A DNA stretch of 64,000 nucleotides from Macrostomum lignano (Eukaryota), in NCBI GenBank assembly GCA_002269645.1, contig NIVC01002388.1:32762-96761 (forward strand), read 5' to 3'. The stretch's first letter is position 1. Every line of letters begins with the position of its first letter. Below the pieces are notes generated by a model. The model had not been told where the DNA came from and ran no database searches. It saw only the letters and a program-made list of their open reading frames with translations. Of this stretch, positions 1 to 11,636 are shown one piece after another. The position numbers were made by a program, and so were the translations under genes.

Positions 1-1860
1 GGCAGAGGCAGCTCTGGCAGCTGTCTACCTGCAGCGCCAACAAGCGGCTGTCGATGACGCCATTCAGGCTGTCTCTGCCGCTGGGCCCGATGCCAGAGGG
101 CGCGTGGCCTGGTCCGCCATCAACGCTCTGACGGGACGAAAGCGGCGCAATCCGCTGAACCTGGCTGGTGACACGCCGGACGAGCGTAGGAACGAGCTGC
201 GCGAGTTCTTCGCCGCCATCGTCAACGCGCCGCCACCCCCGCTGCCAGACAGTCTGACGCTGCCGCCGGAGACGCCGCTGCCGGCAGAGGAGAGTTTCAG
301 CGTAGCCCCAGTCAACGCAGCCGACGTTGTCAAGCTCGCCCAGCAGTCACCGGGCGGGAAAGCGCTGGGTCCGGACGAGGTGCCCATCGAGGCGCTGCGC
401 ATCCCCTGTGTGGCCGCTGAGGTCGCCAGAGTGATGAACCGCGTGCTCTTCGGTGAGGCGGCGCCCAACGAATGGACCACGGCGCACATCGTCGCTGTTC
501 CAAAGAAGCCGGGCACCACTAGGCTTGAAGACCATCGAGGCATCTGCCTTCAGTCCTGTGCAGCGAAGCTGTTCAACCGGATGCTGCTTTCGCGGTTGCA
601 GCCCGTGCTGGATCCGTACCTGCGCCCAGAGCAGAACGGGTTCCGGCCCCATCGCGGCACAGTGGCGCAGATCCTGGCTCTTCGCCGAGTCATCGAGGAG
701 GCGCGGATTCGTCAGTCGATACTGATTTTAATCTTTATTGATTTCAAGAAGGCATTCGACTCGGTTGTCAGAGCCGTGCTTCCAATGGTGCTCCGCGCGT
801 ACAACGTGCCTGAGCAGCTGATCTCCGCCGTCATGGCGATGTACCGTGATACGACAGCTGCTGTGACAACACCGGACGGCCTATCGGACTCCTTTGAGAC
901 ATCCTCCGGAGTGCTTCAGGGAGATACGCTGGCGCCGTTTCTGTTCGTCCTGGTGCTTGACTGGGTGCTGCGGACTGCTCTTCCTACCGACGACGACGGT
1001 TTTCTGCTGCAGCGACGCGTGGGTCGACGTCAACCGGAGAAGCGGCTCAGCGTGCTTGGCTACGCCGACGACCTCGCCCTGCTGTCCTCGACCGTCGAGG
1101 GCGCCCAACGGCAGCTGGACAGGCTGGTTGCCGTTGCGGCGAGTGTCGGCCTGGTGGTCAACACGCAGAAGACCGTTGTGCTCTGCGTGCCGGACGACAT
1201 CGAGGCTGCAATATTTTGCCGAGGCGCTGACGGGCAGGCGACCGAACTCCCGCGATGTCAGCAGTTCGTCTACCTCGGCGGTCTGGTTCCAGACGCTCGC
1301 GAGGACCTGCGACGCCGCCGCGGGCTTGCCTGGGCTGCCTTTCGTTCTGTGAGGGCAGTCCTGCAGTCCGAGGCCCTACCGGACCGCCAGAGGGCGGCGC
1401 TGTTCCAGGCGGTAATCGAGACCGTCCTGCTGTACAACGCCGAGACCTGGACGCTGACGGACTCACTCGAACAGCAAGTCGATGCGGCGCACGCTGGTCT
1501 GCTGCGCGCCGCCTTCAACATCGGCGTCGAGCGAGTCACCAACGCGGCACTCTATCGCCGCGCTGGCCTGCCACGTCCAAGTGATCTACTGCGCCGTCGG
1601 CGACTCCAGCTCGCAGGCCATCTCATCCGCGCCGAGTCGTACTGCCCACAGCCGGTGCAGGAGGTGCTGCTGCTCACGCTGCAGGCACCCTACCGGCGAG
1701 GTCAAGCGCGAACTCGGCGTTATGTCGACTGTCTGCTGGCTGACGCCGGCGCCCCGGACACTGCCGGTGGCGCGGCCTTTGTTCGCGCCCAAGCCATGAA
1801 GCGCGCCCTGTGACGCTGACTTTTACCATCATGACAGCGTATTTTGTTTTTGTTGTTGTT
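1..1860 (+). mobile_element. 3' part of a non-LTR retrotransposon (RTE-like LINE), cut by the window edge
   Basis: RT ORF followed by a short 3' UTR and a T/TTG-rich simple tail (ttttgtttttgttgttgtt, about 1842-1860). Clade assignment is from remembered motif resemblance. Confidence 0.85.
2..1813 (+). CDS. Non-LTR reverse transcriptase, 5'-partial
   Basis: The frame is open from base 2 (AEAALAAVYLQ...) into the listed ORF. Motifs KALGPD, HRGICLQSCAAKLF, EQNGFR, FIDFKKAFDSV, GVLQGDTLAPFLF, YADD, FVYLG, LLYNAETW, RRLQLAGH. No stop or frameshift. Confidence 0.93.
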   Translation, partial: AEAALAAVYLQRQQAAVDDAIQAVSAAGPDARGRVAWSAINALTGRKRRNPLNLAGDTPDERRNELREFFAAIVNAPPPPLPDSLTLPPETPLPAEESFSVAPVNAADVVKLAQQSPGGKALGPDEVPIEALRIPCVAAEVARVMNRVLFGEAAPNEWTTAHIVAVPKKPGTTRLEDHRGICLQSCAAKLFNRMLLSRLQPVLDPYLRPEQNGFRPHRGTVAQILALRRVIEEARIRQSILILIFIDFKKAFDSVVRAVLPMVLRAYNVPEQLISAVMAMYRDTTAAVTTPDGLSDSFETSSGVLQGDTLAPFLFVLVLDWVLRTALPTDDDGFLLQRRVGRRQPEKRLSVLGYADDLALLSSTVEGAQRQLDRLVAVAASVGLVVNTQKTVVLCVPDDIEAAIFCRGADGQATELPRCQQFVYLGGLVPDAREDLRRRRGLAWAAFRSVRAVLQSEALPDRQRAALFQAVIETVLLYNAETWTLTDSLEQQVDAAHAGLLRAAFNIGVERVTNAALYRRAGLPRPSDLLRRRRLQLAGHLIRAESYCPQPVQEVLLLTLQAPYRRGQARTRRYVDCLLADAGAPDTAGGAAFVRAQAMKRAL

Positions 1861-2109
1861 CAGAGTCGGATCGAATTTCTTCACAAAAAAGAAATGCACA
1901 ACAAAATATTTTTATTAGTGAGTTTGCAGTAATATGCGCACATTAACTACATGAGTGACAAAGAGAGGGCTTGTGGCTAGCTATTGACGCTAATATTGGT
2001 GCCATTTGTAACAGTCAACAGAAATAGTAAACTTATATCCTTTTGCTTAAATTTGATGCCCTGTACTCAAACTCAGCTCCCTTATTGTATTCAAATTTAA
2101 ATCCAGTGC

Positions 2110-3425
2110 CCCTCTACTCAAATCCAGTGCCCCTATACTCAAATCCCTATACTCAAATCCAGTGTCCCTATACTCAAATCCCTATACTCAAATCCAGTGT
2201 CCCTATACTCAAATCCAGTGTCCCTATACTCAAATTCAGTGTCCCTATACTCAAATCCAGTGTCCCTATACTCAAATCCAGTGTCCCTATACTCAAATCC
2301 AGTGTCCCTATACTCAAATCCAGTGTCCCTATACTCAAATTCAGTGTCCCTATACTCAAATCCAGTGTCCCTATACTCAAATTCAGTGTCCCTATACTCA
2401 AATTCAGTGTCCCTATACTCAAATCCAGTGTCCCTATACTCAAATCCAGTGTCCCTATACTCAAATTCAGTGTCCCTATACTCAAATCCAGTGTCCCTAT
2501 ACTCAAATCCAGTGTCCCTATACTCAAATCCAGTGTCCCTATACTCAAATCCAGTGTCCCTATACTCAAATCCAGTGTCCCTATACTCAAATCCAGTGTC
2601 CCTATACTCAAATTCAGTGTCCCTATACTCAAATTCAGTGTCCCTATACTCAAATCCAGTGTCCCTATACTCAAATCCAGTGTCCCTATACTCAAATCCA
2701 GTGTCCCTATACTCAAATCCAGTGTCCCTATACTCAAATTCAGTGTCCCTATACTCAAATTCAGTGTCCCTATACTCAAATCCAGTGTCCCTATACTCAA
2801 ATCCAGTGTCCCTATACTCAAATTCAGTGTCCCTATACTCAAATTCAGTGTCCCTATACTCAAATCCAGTGTCCCTATACTCAAATTCAGTGTCCCTATA
2901 CTCAAATTCAGTGTCCCTATACTCAAATCCAGTGTCCCTATACTCAAATCCAGTGTCCCTATACTCAAATCCAGTGTCCCTATACTCAAATCCAGTGTCC
3001 CTATACTCAAATCCAGTGTCCCTATACTCAAATCCAGTGTCCCTATACTCAAATCCAGTGTCCCTATACTCAAATCCAGTGTCCCTATACTCAAATCCAG
3101 TGTCCCTATACTCAAATCCAGTGTCCCTATACTCAAATCCAGTGTCCCTATACTCAAATTCAGTGTCCCTATACTCAAATTCAGTGTCCCTATACTCAAA
3201 TCCAGTGTCCCTATACTCAAATTCAGTGTCCCTATACTCAAATTCAGTGTCCCTATACTCAAATCCAGTGTCCCTATACTCAAATCCAGTGTCCCTATAC
3301 TCAAATCCAGTGTCCCTATACTCAAATCCAGTGTCCCTATACTCAAATCCAGTGTCCCTATACTCAAATCCAGTGTCCCTATACTCAAATCCAGTGTCCC
3401 TATACTCAAATCCGGTGTCCCTGTA
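2110..3425. repeat. 21-bp minisatellite TACTCAAAT(C/T)CAGTGTCCCTA, about 60 units
   Basis: Direct reading; two main unit variants; degenerate copies on both flanks (about 2063 and 3452). Confidence 0.97.
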
Positions 3426-3813
3426 CCTGAACATCGGCAGCCTACACAGCTGTACTCAAACCCAGGTACTCCAACTAGCTTTAGTGGCACAAAGGTACCG
3501 AAGTCACAAGCGGACTTAATATCACTGTTTACAGAACATTATGAAGAAAACAACTCTAATTGTATAATAAGCAGTTCAAAAATAATTATGCAAAAGATAT
3601 TAAAGCCAGAGCAAATGTATACAGGTGAAGGTCAGCGCGTTCGCCCTCCGACTAATTAGTTAGTGTTATTAAAGTTTAATAATGCCCACATAACAAAATT
3701 AATTAACTAACTAAACACGGAACCGCAATATAAAAGTGCAATGAAAAGTTTTACCTTGCATAATCATCATCACCAAATTATAATCGTGTTTAGTTGATGT
3801 TTTGAGAATAGGC

Positions 3814-4500
3814 TCAAATGTTGAGCTGGTCAGATTTGCCGTTGGCACCAGCGGCCGCGGCGGCGGCGGCGGCGGCCTCAGCCTCGCGGCGGAGACGCTC
3901 CTCGCGCATCTTTACCATGGTGTAGGAGAAGGCGCCGGCCACCACCAGGCAGTTGCTCAGCCACCAGATGGCCGACTTGTGCTCGGAATAGACGAACACG
4001 GCCAGCAGGGTCTGCAGCACGGCCTTGGTGTTGTTGCTGATGTGGTGCGTGACCGGGCTGGTGTAATCAATCTGCATGTTCGAGGCCCAGCCAATGAGGA
4101 AGCTGAGCACCCCAGACGAGGCTAGCAGCAGCAGGAATGAGAAATCGGTGCCGCGGGAGCTGTAAGCGGCCGAGAATTGTCCGAAACAGATTAGCAACGG
4201 CATGAATAGAATCGAGCCGCCAATGTTCATGTAGTAGGTGACGGCCAGGGCCTGGTTCTTTGAGATCATGTCCAGCAGGCGCTTCGTGAAGATGCCGTTG
4301 AGCGACACGAACAGCGAGGTCGACACGCCGTACATGACGCCAACAGTGGACAGGGTGCCGGCCACTTTCTCTTGATCGACGCCGAGGACGAAGCCGGCGG
4401 CCACAATCAGGCAGCAGAGCCACACGGGCAGGGAGGAGACCCGGCGCAGCAGGATTGACGAGAAAATCACCGTGAAAATCAGCGTCATGGACCGGGCCAC
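3814..4500 (-). CDS. SLC35C1: GDP-fucose transporter, exon 2 (terminal)
   Basis: Acceptor ccccgcag|GTG at 4501/4500. VARSMTLIFTV, GVDQE..GTLS, SLNGIFTK, QIDYTSPVTHHISNNTKAVLQT, WWLSNCLVVAG match SLC35C1 motifs. Confidence 0.92.
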   Translation of the reverse strand: MARSMTLIFTVIFSSILLRRVSSLPVWLCCLIVAAGFVLGVDQEKVAGTLSTVGVMYGVSTSLFVSLNGIFTKRLLDMISKNQALAVTYYMNIGGSILFMPLLICFGQFSAAYSSRGTDFSFLLLLASSGVLSFLIGWASNMQIDYTSPVTHHISNNTKAVLQTLLAVFVYSEHKSAIWWLSNCLVVAGAFSYTMVKMREERLRREAEAAAAAAAAAGANGKSDQLNI

Positions 4501-4555
4501 CTGCGGGGACGAGACAGCTCAGTTTGATGGTTCTGCCACACAGCTGCACTAACAT

Positions 4556-5690
4556 TAATAGGATAATCTCAGCCCCACAGAATATAAACACAATAATCTC
4601 AGCCACACAGAATATAAACACAAGAATCTCAGCCCCACAGAATATAAACACAAGAATCTCAGTCACACAGAATATAAACAAAAGAATCTCAGTCATACAG
4701 AGTATAAACACAATAATCTCAGCCACACAGAATATAAACACAAGAATCTCAGTCATACAGAGTATAAACAAAAGAATCTCAGTCATACAGAGTATAAACA
4801 CAATAATCTCAGCCACACAGAATATAAACACAAGAATCTCAGTCATACAGAGTATAAACAAAAGAATCTCAGTCATACAGAGTATAAACACAATAATCTC
4901 AGCCACACAGAATATAAACAAAAGAATCTCAGTCATACAGAGTATAAACACAAGAATCTCAGCCCCACAGAATATAAACACAAGAATCTCAGCCACACAG
5001 AATATAAACACAAGAATCTCAGCCACACAGAATATAAACACAAGAATCTCAGCCACACAGAATATAAACACAAGAATCTCAGCCACACAGAATATAAACA
5101 CAAGAATCTCAGCCCCACAGAATAAAAACACAAGAATCTCAGCCCCACATAATATAAACACAAGAATCTCAGCCACACAGAATATAAACACAAGAATCTC
5201 AGCCACACATAATATAAACACAAGAATCTCAGCCACACATAATATAAACACAAGAATCTCAGCCACACAGAATATAAACACAAGAATCTCAGCCCCACAG
5301 AATATAAACATAAGAATCTCAGCCCCACAGAATATAAACACAAGAATCTCAGCCACACAGAATACAAACAAAAGAATCTCAGCCCCACAGAATATAAACA
5401 CAAGAATCTCAGTCACACAGAATATAAACACAAGAATCTCAGTCACACAGAATATAAACACAAGAATCTCAGCCACACAGAATATAAACACAAGAATCTC
5501 AGTCACACAGAATATAAACACAAGAATCTCAGCCACACAGAATACAAACACAAGAATCTCAGCCCCACAGAATATAAACACAAGAATCTCAGTCACACAG
5601 AATATAAACACAAGAATCTCAGTCACACAGAATATAAACACAAGAATCTCAGCCACACAGAATATAAACACAAGAATCTCAACATAACAG
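4556..5690. repeat. 30-bp intronic minisatellite AATATAAACACAAGAATCTCAGCCACACAG, about 37 units
   Basis: Direct reading; fills most of the SLC35C1 intron (4501-5810). Confidence 0.96.
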
Positions 5691-5692
5691 TA

Positions 5693-5753
5693 AGAATCGA
5701 ACCCCCGACCTTCAAGTCGTGAGTCCGACGCTCTGACCACTAGGCTACAACCC
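5693..5753 (-). other. tRNA-derived fragment (SINE head or tRNA pseudogene) truncated after the T-loop
   Basis: Minus strand GGGTTGTAGCCTAGTGGTCAGAGCGTCGGACTCACGACTTGAAGGTCGGGGGTTCGATTCT: A-box TAGCCTAGTGG, B-box GGTTCGATTC. The 3' halves of the T-stem and acceptor stem are missing. Confidence 0.75.
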
Positions 5754-5810
5754 ACAGTACAACACAGGTGATAACGCCAGCAGAACAGTGCAGTCAGAAA
5801 AGAATCTCAC

Positions 5811-6173
5811 CTGGAAGAAGGCGACGCCCACATACTTCAAGCAGAGATTATTAAAGGTAAGCATGCCGGTGAACATGCAGGACAGCAACAGGAAATCTCT
5901 GTTCAGCAGAATCTCCCTAGACAGTGGCGGCAGCTCAATGTCGTGGCCGAGAACCAGACGCCGAAATGCCACAAGCGCCACGACCACTAGCACGGTGGAC
6001 ACACACTGGGCCCAGGCTACAAACAGGGACACGTCCAGCTTATTGGACAGTTTATCTCCGACCAGATATTTGTTGGCGAACACCATGGAGATGGACACTG
6101 TCCAGTAGGTGAGGATGACGCCAACTATTTTTATTGGCGGATGCGACTTTTCACTTGGCATGGCAGCGGGCAT
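5811..6173 (-). CDS. SLC35C1: GDP-fucose transporter, exon 1
   Basis: ATG at 6173 (alternative 6161). YWTVSISMVFANKYL and FNNLCLKYVGVAFFQ motifs. Donor CAG|GTGAGA at 5811/5810, phase 0 matching exon 2; spliced CDS 1050 nt, 349 aa. Confidence 0.92.
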
Positions 6174-7559
6174 GCATTCAATGATTAACATTATGATTAA
6201 CAATATGTGACACTAATCTTACTAAAAAGTATAAATTTCGCTTAAGATTATCAAGACAATTATCTGCTTATGTAATTATCCTAATATAAGAGCTTAAGTC
6301 GCCCTAATGAGTTCAAGTACTCGTATGGAACAAGGACAACTAAAACAATTTATATATAGGATGCGACACTCATGTTTCATGAAAAAAAGTTTTGAAGGCC
6401 ACTTTCAAAGAAGAATCTGTATGTCAGTTCTGAAGGCCATTAAATTTGTAATGCTGTCTTGATGCTGTCTTTGCTATGCTTAAGTAGTAAATCCTGAGCA
6501 CAGGCTAAACTGGACACTTTGAAGCTGAGCTACCAGAGCCTGCATACAACTTCTGGACACAGCCATAGTGGATAAAGCATTCAAATGCTGAGGTTGCCTG
6601 CCTGCACTACCTACAATACACAGAAAGCCACAGCAGAGGGCTGGTTCACATGCAGGCTACAATGGAGCAGCTAGAGTACTTAGCTGAACACTTTGACCCA
6701 ATCTGTAAGCTAGTACCAATCAATGGGCTACTTATATATATCGGCACAAAATACAAATAATCTATGGGAGGTACACGCAGAGATCCTGATAATAATTATA
6801 TTATCTTTTAATAGCAAATTGCATTTTAAAACATACCTATAATCTTTTGGAACAGATTATTATCTACAACTGCTGCCTTGTATACATTTTAGTGTTTTTA
6901 TTATCTATGGTGTTTATTAATTAATGAGACTTGAATATGTCACACTTGCCTATGCATATTATTGTGCGATTGTGCCCTTTTTTGCCTCGTGCTCCATCCC
7001 AACCCTCTCAGTCTGCCCACCCTTCCATTTTTCTCAATAATCAATGCATACACTGATCACCATGTCATACCACCTCCCCCTACTGTACCATACATTTGTT
7101 CTAAAAGTATTCATGTACTTGTAGGTCAGATAATGAATATAATGAATTTGCTGTTTAGTAGGTAGCTGCAGCCTTGCATTCTCTTGGTCCTATCGTTGGC
7201 TACTTCAAAACAAACTTACTTGCCTAAAAGCTTGTGAGTTCTGTTCTGTCTTTTTCTTGCTTTTCCTTAGGGCGCGAGATGGGAGCTTTAACTGACTGGG
7301 GACCTGGGGTTGCAGCTTCCCAACTGGGTTCAGCTGTAGGCATCACTCTGGAAGATAGGGCACACAACAACCAGTGTCATGACCAGGATTCCAGTTAGGG
7401 TTTCTATTAGATTTCCATCTGTGTTGTCTGGGGTAGTGCATTAGTGAATTAGTGATTTATAGTGTGTTAGTGAATTAGTTTTGTGCAAGCAATCACGGCC
7501 AATTTAGATGATCTTATTGGTGCTTTGATAGTGAGAATCCAGGAGCAGTTAAATGTGGG

Positions 7560-8000
7560 TCAAAACATTCCATATCCAAATAAGTATTTGCCAACTCAAG
7601 ATTTTGCTTTGTGGATGCAACAATTTTACCACATACTGCAAGGCCACTCAGATCCCTGAGGATCAATGGAAGTAGAACTTGCTGAGTTTGTTGGATTTTG
7701 GCACAACTTTTAAAGCAGTGGCCAATCTTGAGCTGGATAATGACTTGGGATATGCAGTATTTATGGAGCAGCTAGAGGCTTGCTTCAGTCAGAATTGCAC
7801 ATCCTAGGATTACAAGACAGAGTTTCAGAACCAGAGTCAAAAAGATAGAGAAGCCCTAGAGGACTACGCTGATGCTTTTAAAGAGCTTATGTGTAGGGCA
7901 TATCTGGCTCTGCCAATAAAGCAGAGGGACAAATTAGCAAAAGACTGATTCTTGAAAGGGGATTTGAGTTCTAGACAGGGTGCTTGAGAATGTCTTGCTA
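7560..8000 (+). pseudogene. Degraded LTR-retrotransposon gag relic
   Basis: From 7634: YCKATQIPEDQWK*NLLSLLD...EQLEACFS...*DYKTEFQNQSQKDREALEDYADAFKELMCRAY...RDKLAKD*FLKG, preceded by frameshifted KYLPTQDFALW. Resembles Gypsy gag (R.Q...E....Y...L..L; D.F..G). Stops at 7673, 7805 and 7946. Confidence 0.65.
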
Positions 8001-8712
8001 TAGGACCCTGACATACTACAGGCTGTGATCCAGCGAGTGTGCCAAACTCTCATATTGATGAAACTGCTGGAGGGAAAGTGGTCAGTCCATGTGGTAAACA
8101 GTCAGGTGGCAGCTGCTACAGCAGATAGTGAGACAGTGCACATGGCTATAGAGATTATCAGCTTGAAGGCAAAGCTCACTCAGCTAAAGCAAAAAGGGGC
8201 ATCAGCCTTGGGGGGTATAGCCAAATCTACTAAATCCTCTCATGGAGGATAGGGTACACAACAATACACTCTCATTTTTTATATTTAGCCTAATAATTGC
8301 CAACATAATATATTACACTTGCAGCAAAGTTAAGTTAAGTTAATATTACACTTAAAACCAATAGCCTAAACTATAAGGCGACATTATTTCATTTGATATT
8401 CGCTCGTATTAGAAATTTTGATAAAATTCCTATTTACTGACTATTGTCTTACATTTTTGAATAGGTTGGCTTGCCTTTGTATCTTACCCTAGTAACTGGA
8501 TATGCTAAAATGTTTCTTTTATTTTAGAACGTTTATTCTTGCTTTAAGACACTAATGACTAGGGCCTAGGCCTAATTATAGCAAAAAACAAAAGTTTTCT
8601 TGTCTCCTTAGACAATTTATAATTTTAAGTATAAGCTTAACTTTTATAGATGTTTTTGTTAAAGTTTTGGCTATTTTAGCTATATTAGATTTATTATTAA
8701 TTATTAATAAGT

Positions 8713-9242
8713 CGGCAATCCTTCAGTTTATAATCACCATCTATATTGCAAGTTTTGGTTTACAATCACCTATTTTGCTAGTTACAGTTTACAATCACCT
8801 ATTTTGCCAGTTTTGGTTTACGATCACCTTATATTTTGCTTACTGCAGTGCAAAAATGGCATGTTTAAAACTAAGACATAAAAACCAACAGTAGTAATTC
8901 AAATGAAAAGAAAGCAAAAGTTGACTGATCAACTAACTTTGTTTATTTGAAAATGAAAAGATTTTACATTGGTTCACTAGTAGCTTATATATATCACCTT
9001 CAGTTTATAATCATCTGAAGCTGGCTATAGGAAAGCATGTCAACCCTAGCTTAGTATAATTAATCTTCAGCGCTGCACCCCATCTCACATTTTTTGAAAT
9101 AAACAAAGTCAATTCACCAACATTTGATTTTGTTTCATTGGAAACTATGGATTTTATGACTTACAACTGTTTTTTTGTTGTGATCATCACTGTTTAAGGT
9201 GATCGTCACTGTTTGGAATGATCATAAACTGAAGGAATGCCA
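8713..9242. mobile_element. MITE-like element with imperfect terminal inverted repeats
   Basis: ggcaatccttcagtttataatca at about 8713 versus the reverse complement of tgatcataaactgaaggaatgcc at about 9220-9242 (21 of 23 match); internal short repeats containing aatcacc. Confidence 0.55.
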
Positions 9243-11636
9243 ATAAGTCAACATATGATAAAATTATTTATTAAGTCAAGTCTTTAGGATAAAGATTTTG
9301 ATTAAACTTTGACTTAAAAACTCTAAGTTTGAGCCTAGGTTAGGGGGTCCAGTAAGAAATTTTTTTTGAAACTCAAATTTTTAACTATGCCATGTTGCAG
9401 CCCTGGATGTTATAAGTGAAATGACACCAGACTTTTGAAAATTGATCAAATAATGAAAAAGTTATGAAGTTTTTCGTTTAAAAAATGGTGTTTTTTCTAT
9501 CTCAAATACATTAAAAACTGTGCCATTTTTAGGCAAAAAAGCATGTTTTTTTGCAGTTTTTTTGCAGTAAAATGTCTGTAACTTTTTTACTTCATAACCA
9601 ATTTTAGTGTTTTAGGTGTTATTTCGTAGATTTTTGTTACCATAACATTTTCTAATATTTTTGTACATATATACTGTTCTATATAAGTAGTTATCTGGGG
9701 ATTAAGACAGAAAAGGGGAAGAACATTTTTTTCTAGAGTACTACTTTTTGGCTTTATCATGGTATTCTTTCTATTAACCTTATTTTGTATTACTTTCATG
9801 TTAAAATAATACTTGTATACTATAATTAGTAAGATTTTTGACTTTCTACTGTAAGTAGGCCTAGTATGCAAAAAGTTGACCAGGCCCATTATTTCCATGA
9901 AAATGGGTCTTCTAAAGTACCACTCTGGTTGTCTAAAAATCAATGTAGCTCCTGACAATCTTAATCTTCTATCTTCATGCTGAAGTCATTAAAAACTTTT
10001 TTGTAGTCTGTCTGACAATTGTAATGAATCAATGCTTTACTAAGTAATATGTTACTAAATTATGTACTTTCATGTTTGAAAAGGCCATGCCCGAATTCAG
10101 CAATTGAATCTACCTTTACAGTTTACCTGAATTATTTGATTCATTTACTTGTTCACTGTGTCGACTTTTCAGCACAATAGCTTTCCGTTGTAATCCAGTC
10201 AATTTGTCAATTTTGTCAATTTGTTGTGTAACACACTTGACTCAACACACTTGCTGCTGCAGCCTTGAATGCTTAACTAATTTTTGGAGGTCTTTTTAGG
10301 CTAGGCTAGGCCACTAGGATCGACCTTCAGGCAAATAAAAAATTAATATTTATGCTAAAGCTAAATGCTAAAAAATACATTCCAAAATCTCATTGAAGTC
10401 CCTAATCAAATGCGTTGCATATTTGGCAAGAAAATAGGCCTAAGTGAGGCTAAGCACACTTGAAATTCTCTCAAAAACAGCACTGCTAAAAATAATATGG
10501 CAATAGCAATATAGGCTGATACTGATAGGCAATACCCACAATCATGGACCACACTCACAGTCACTCATACCTGACAATGCAATGAATTAAATTAAATAAA
10601 AAATGTAGATAACAAAGAGTTTAGCGATCAGTGCATGTTAGACTGGTAATTCTTTCACTTATATTTATAGGATGGACGTAAGGCTAGTCCAATGACGAAT
10701 GAATATTTCTCATCTGTAAACACATGATAAATAGCAACAACAACCGACGGTCTGTAAGACAAAAGCAGCACTTTAACAAATAAATACATATGCGCTGCAT
10801 CAAAATTTGTTGCAATATATTATTATGCCGAATAAAAAGAATAAAAGACGTAGTTATGCTGTAAGTTAAAAAAGCTAAATTTTATTTTTTGTTATTTAAA
10901 ACGACATATTCCCTAGAACACTAATTATAGCCGTTGAAGCACACAAAATATAGGTTTAATAATTGGACCTGCTTGTGCTTCATGTATCATTTTGATAAAA
11001 AACATGATACCATGCGCACCATTTTGTGGGCTGGATTTTTTTTCGTAAAAAGAGTATAAAAACTTTTATTTAACTTTTGGCATCCAAGGTGAACTTATTC
11101 AAGCTTGATACCAAAAATGACAATTGACATATAATTTAACTTTAGGCCTAGATATGAATTATCAGAAACAAGACTGTCTTATGTCAATAATTAACAACAG
11201 ACATAAACAAAAAATTTATGGTATCTAAATTTTCAGAACTTATTACTAATGTTAGGCCTAGTCGATTTTAAAATTTATATGCAACCATTTTGTTTGCCAC
11301 TTGATTGCAGCCAAGAAAATGACTTCTTTGAAAATGAGAAATAAAATGTTTTACATATTGTGAAGCCATATTTTATAAGCTATTGCAAGTCATGTAAAAT
11401 TTAAAATTCCAATGAGATGTCATTTATGTAGAATATAATTTTTAACAAGGCTCATTAAAAATGAGTGGCTAATGAATGGCTCTAATGAATGGCTTTAATA
11501 TATTAATAATTAATTTTTTATAATTTTTAATAAGGCTCAATATGCCTATTTTTAACTCTATAAGAAAAAGTGACATTTTTATAGACAGCCACCCAATGCA
11601 CTTTAAAAAGTGTTATTGCACTTGATACAAATACAA

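Noticed and set aside
5693-5753. Functional tRNA gene (possible CAC anticodon)
   Set aside because: 3' halves of the T-stem and acceptor stem are absent and the anticodon stem is mismatched.
2043-5755. Repeat ORFs (ILKSSVP, YTQIQCP, EILVFIFC etc.) as proteins
   Set aside because: Translation by-products of 21- and 30-bp arrays. The 30-bp array lies in a clean phase-0 intron of SLC35C1.
9330-11600. AT-rich segment resembling a non-autonomous DNA transposon, and ORF 9587-9958
   Set aside because: No paired TIR or TSD could be located, and the ORF has no recognisable motifs or coding bias.
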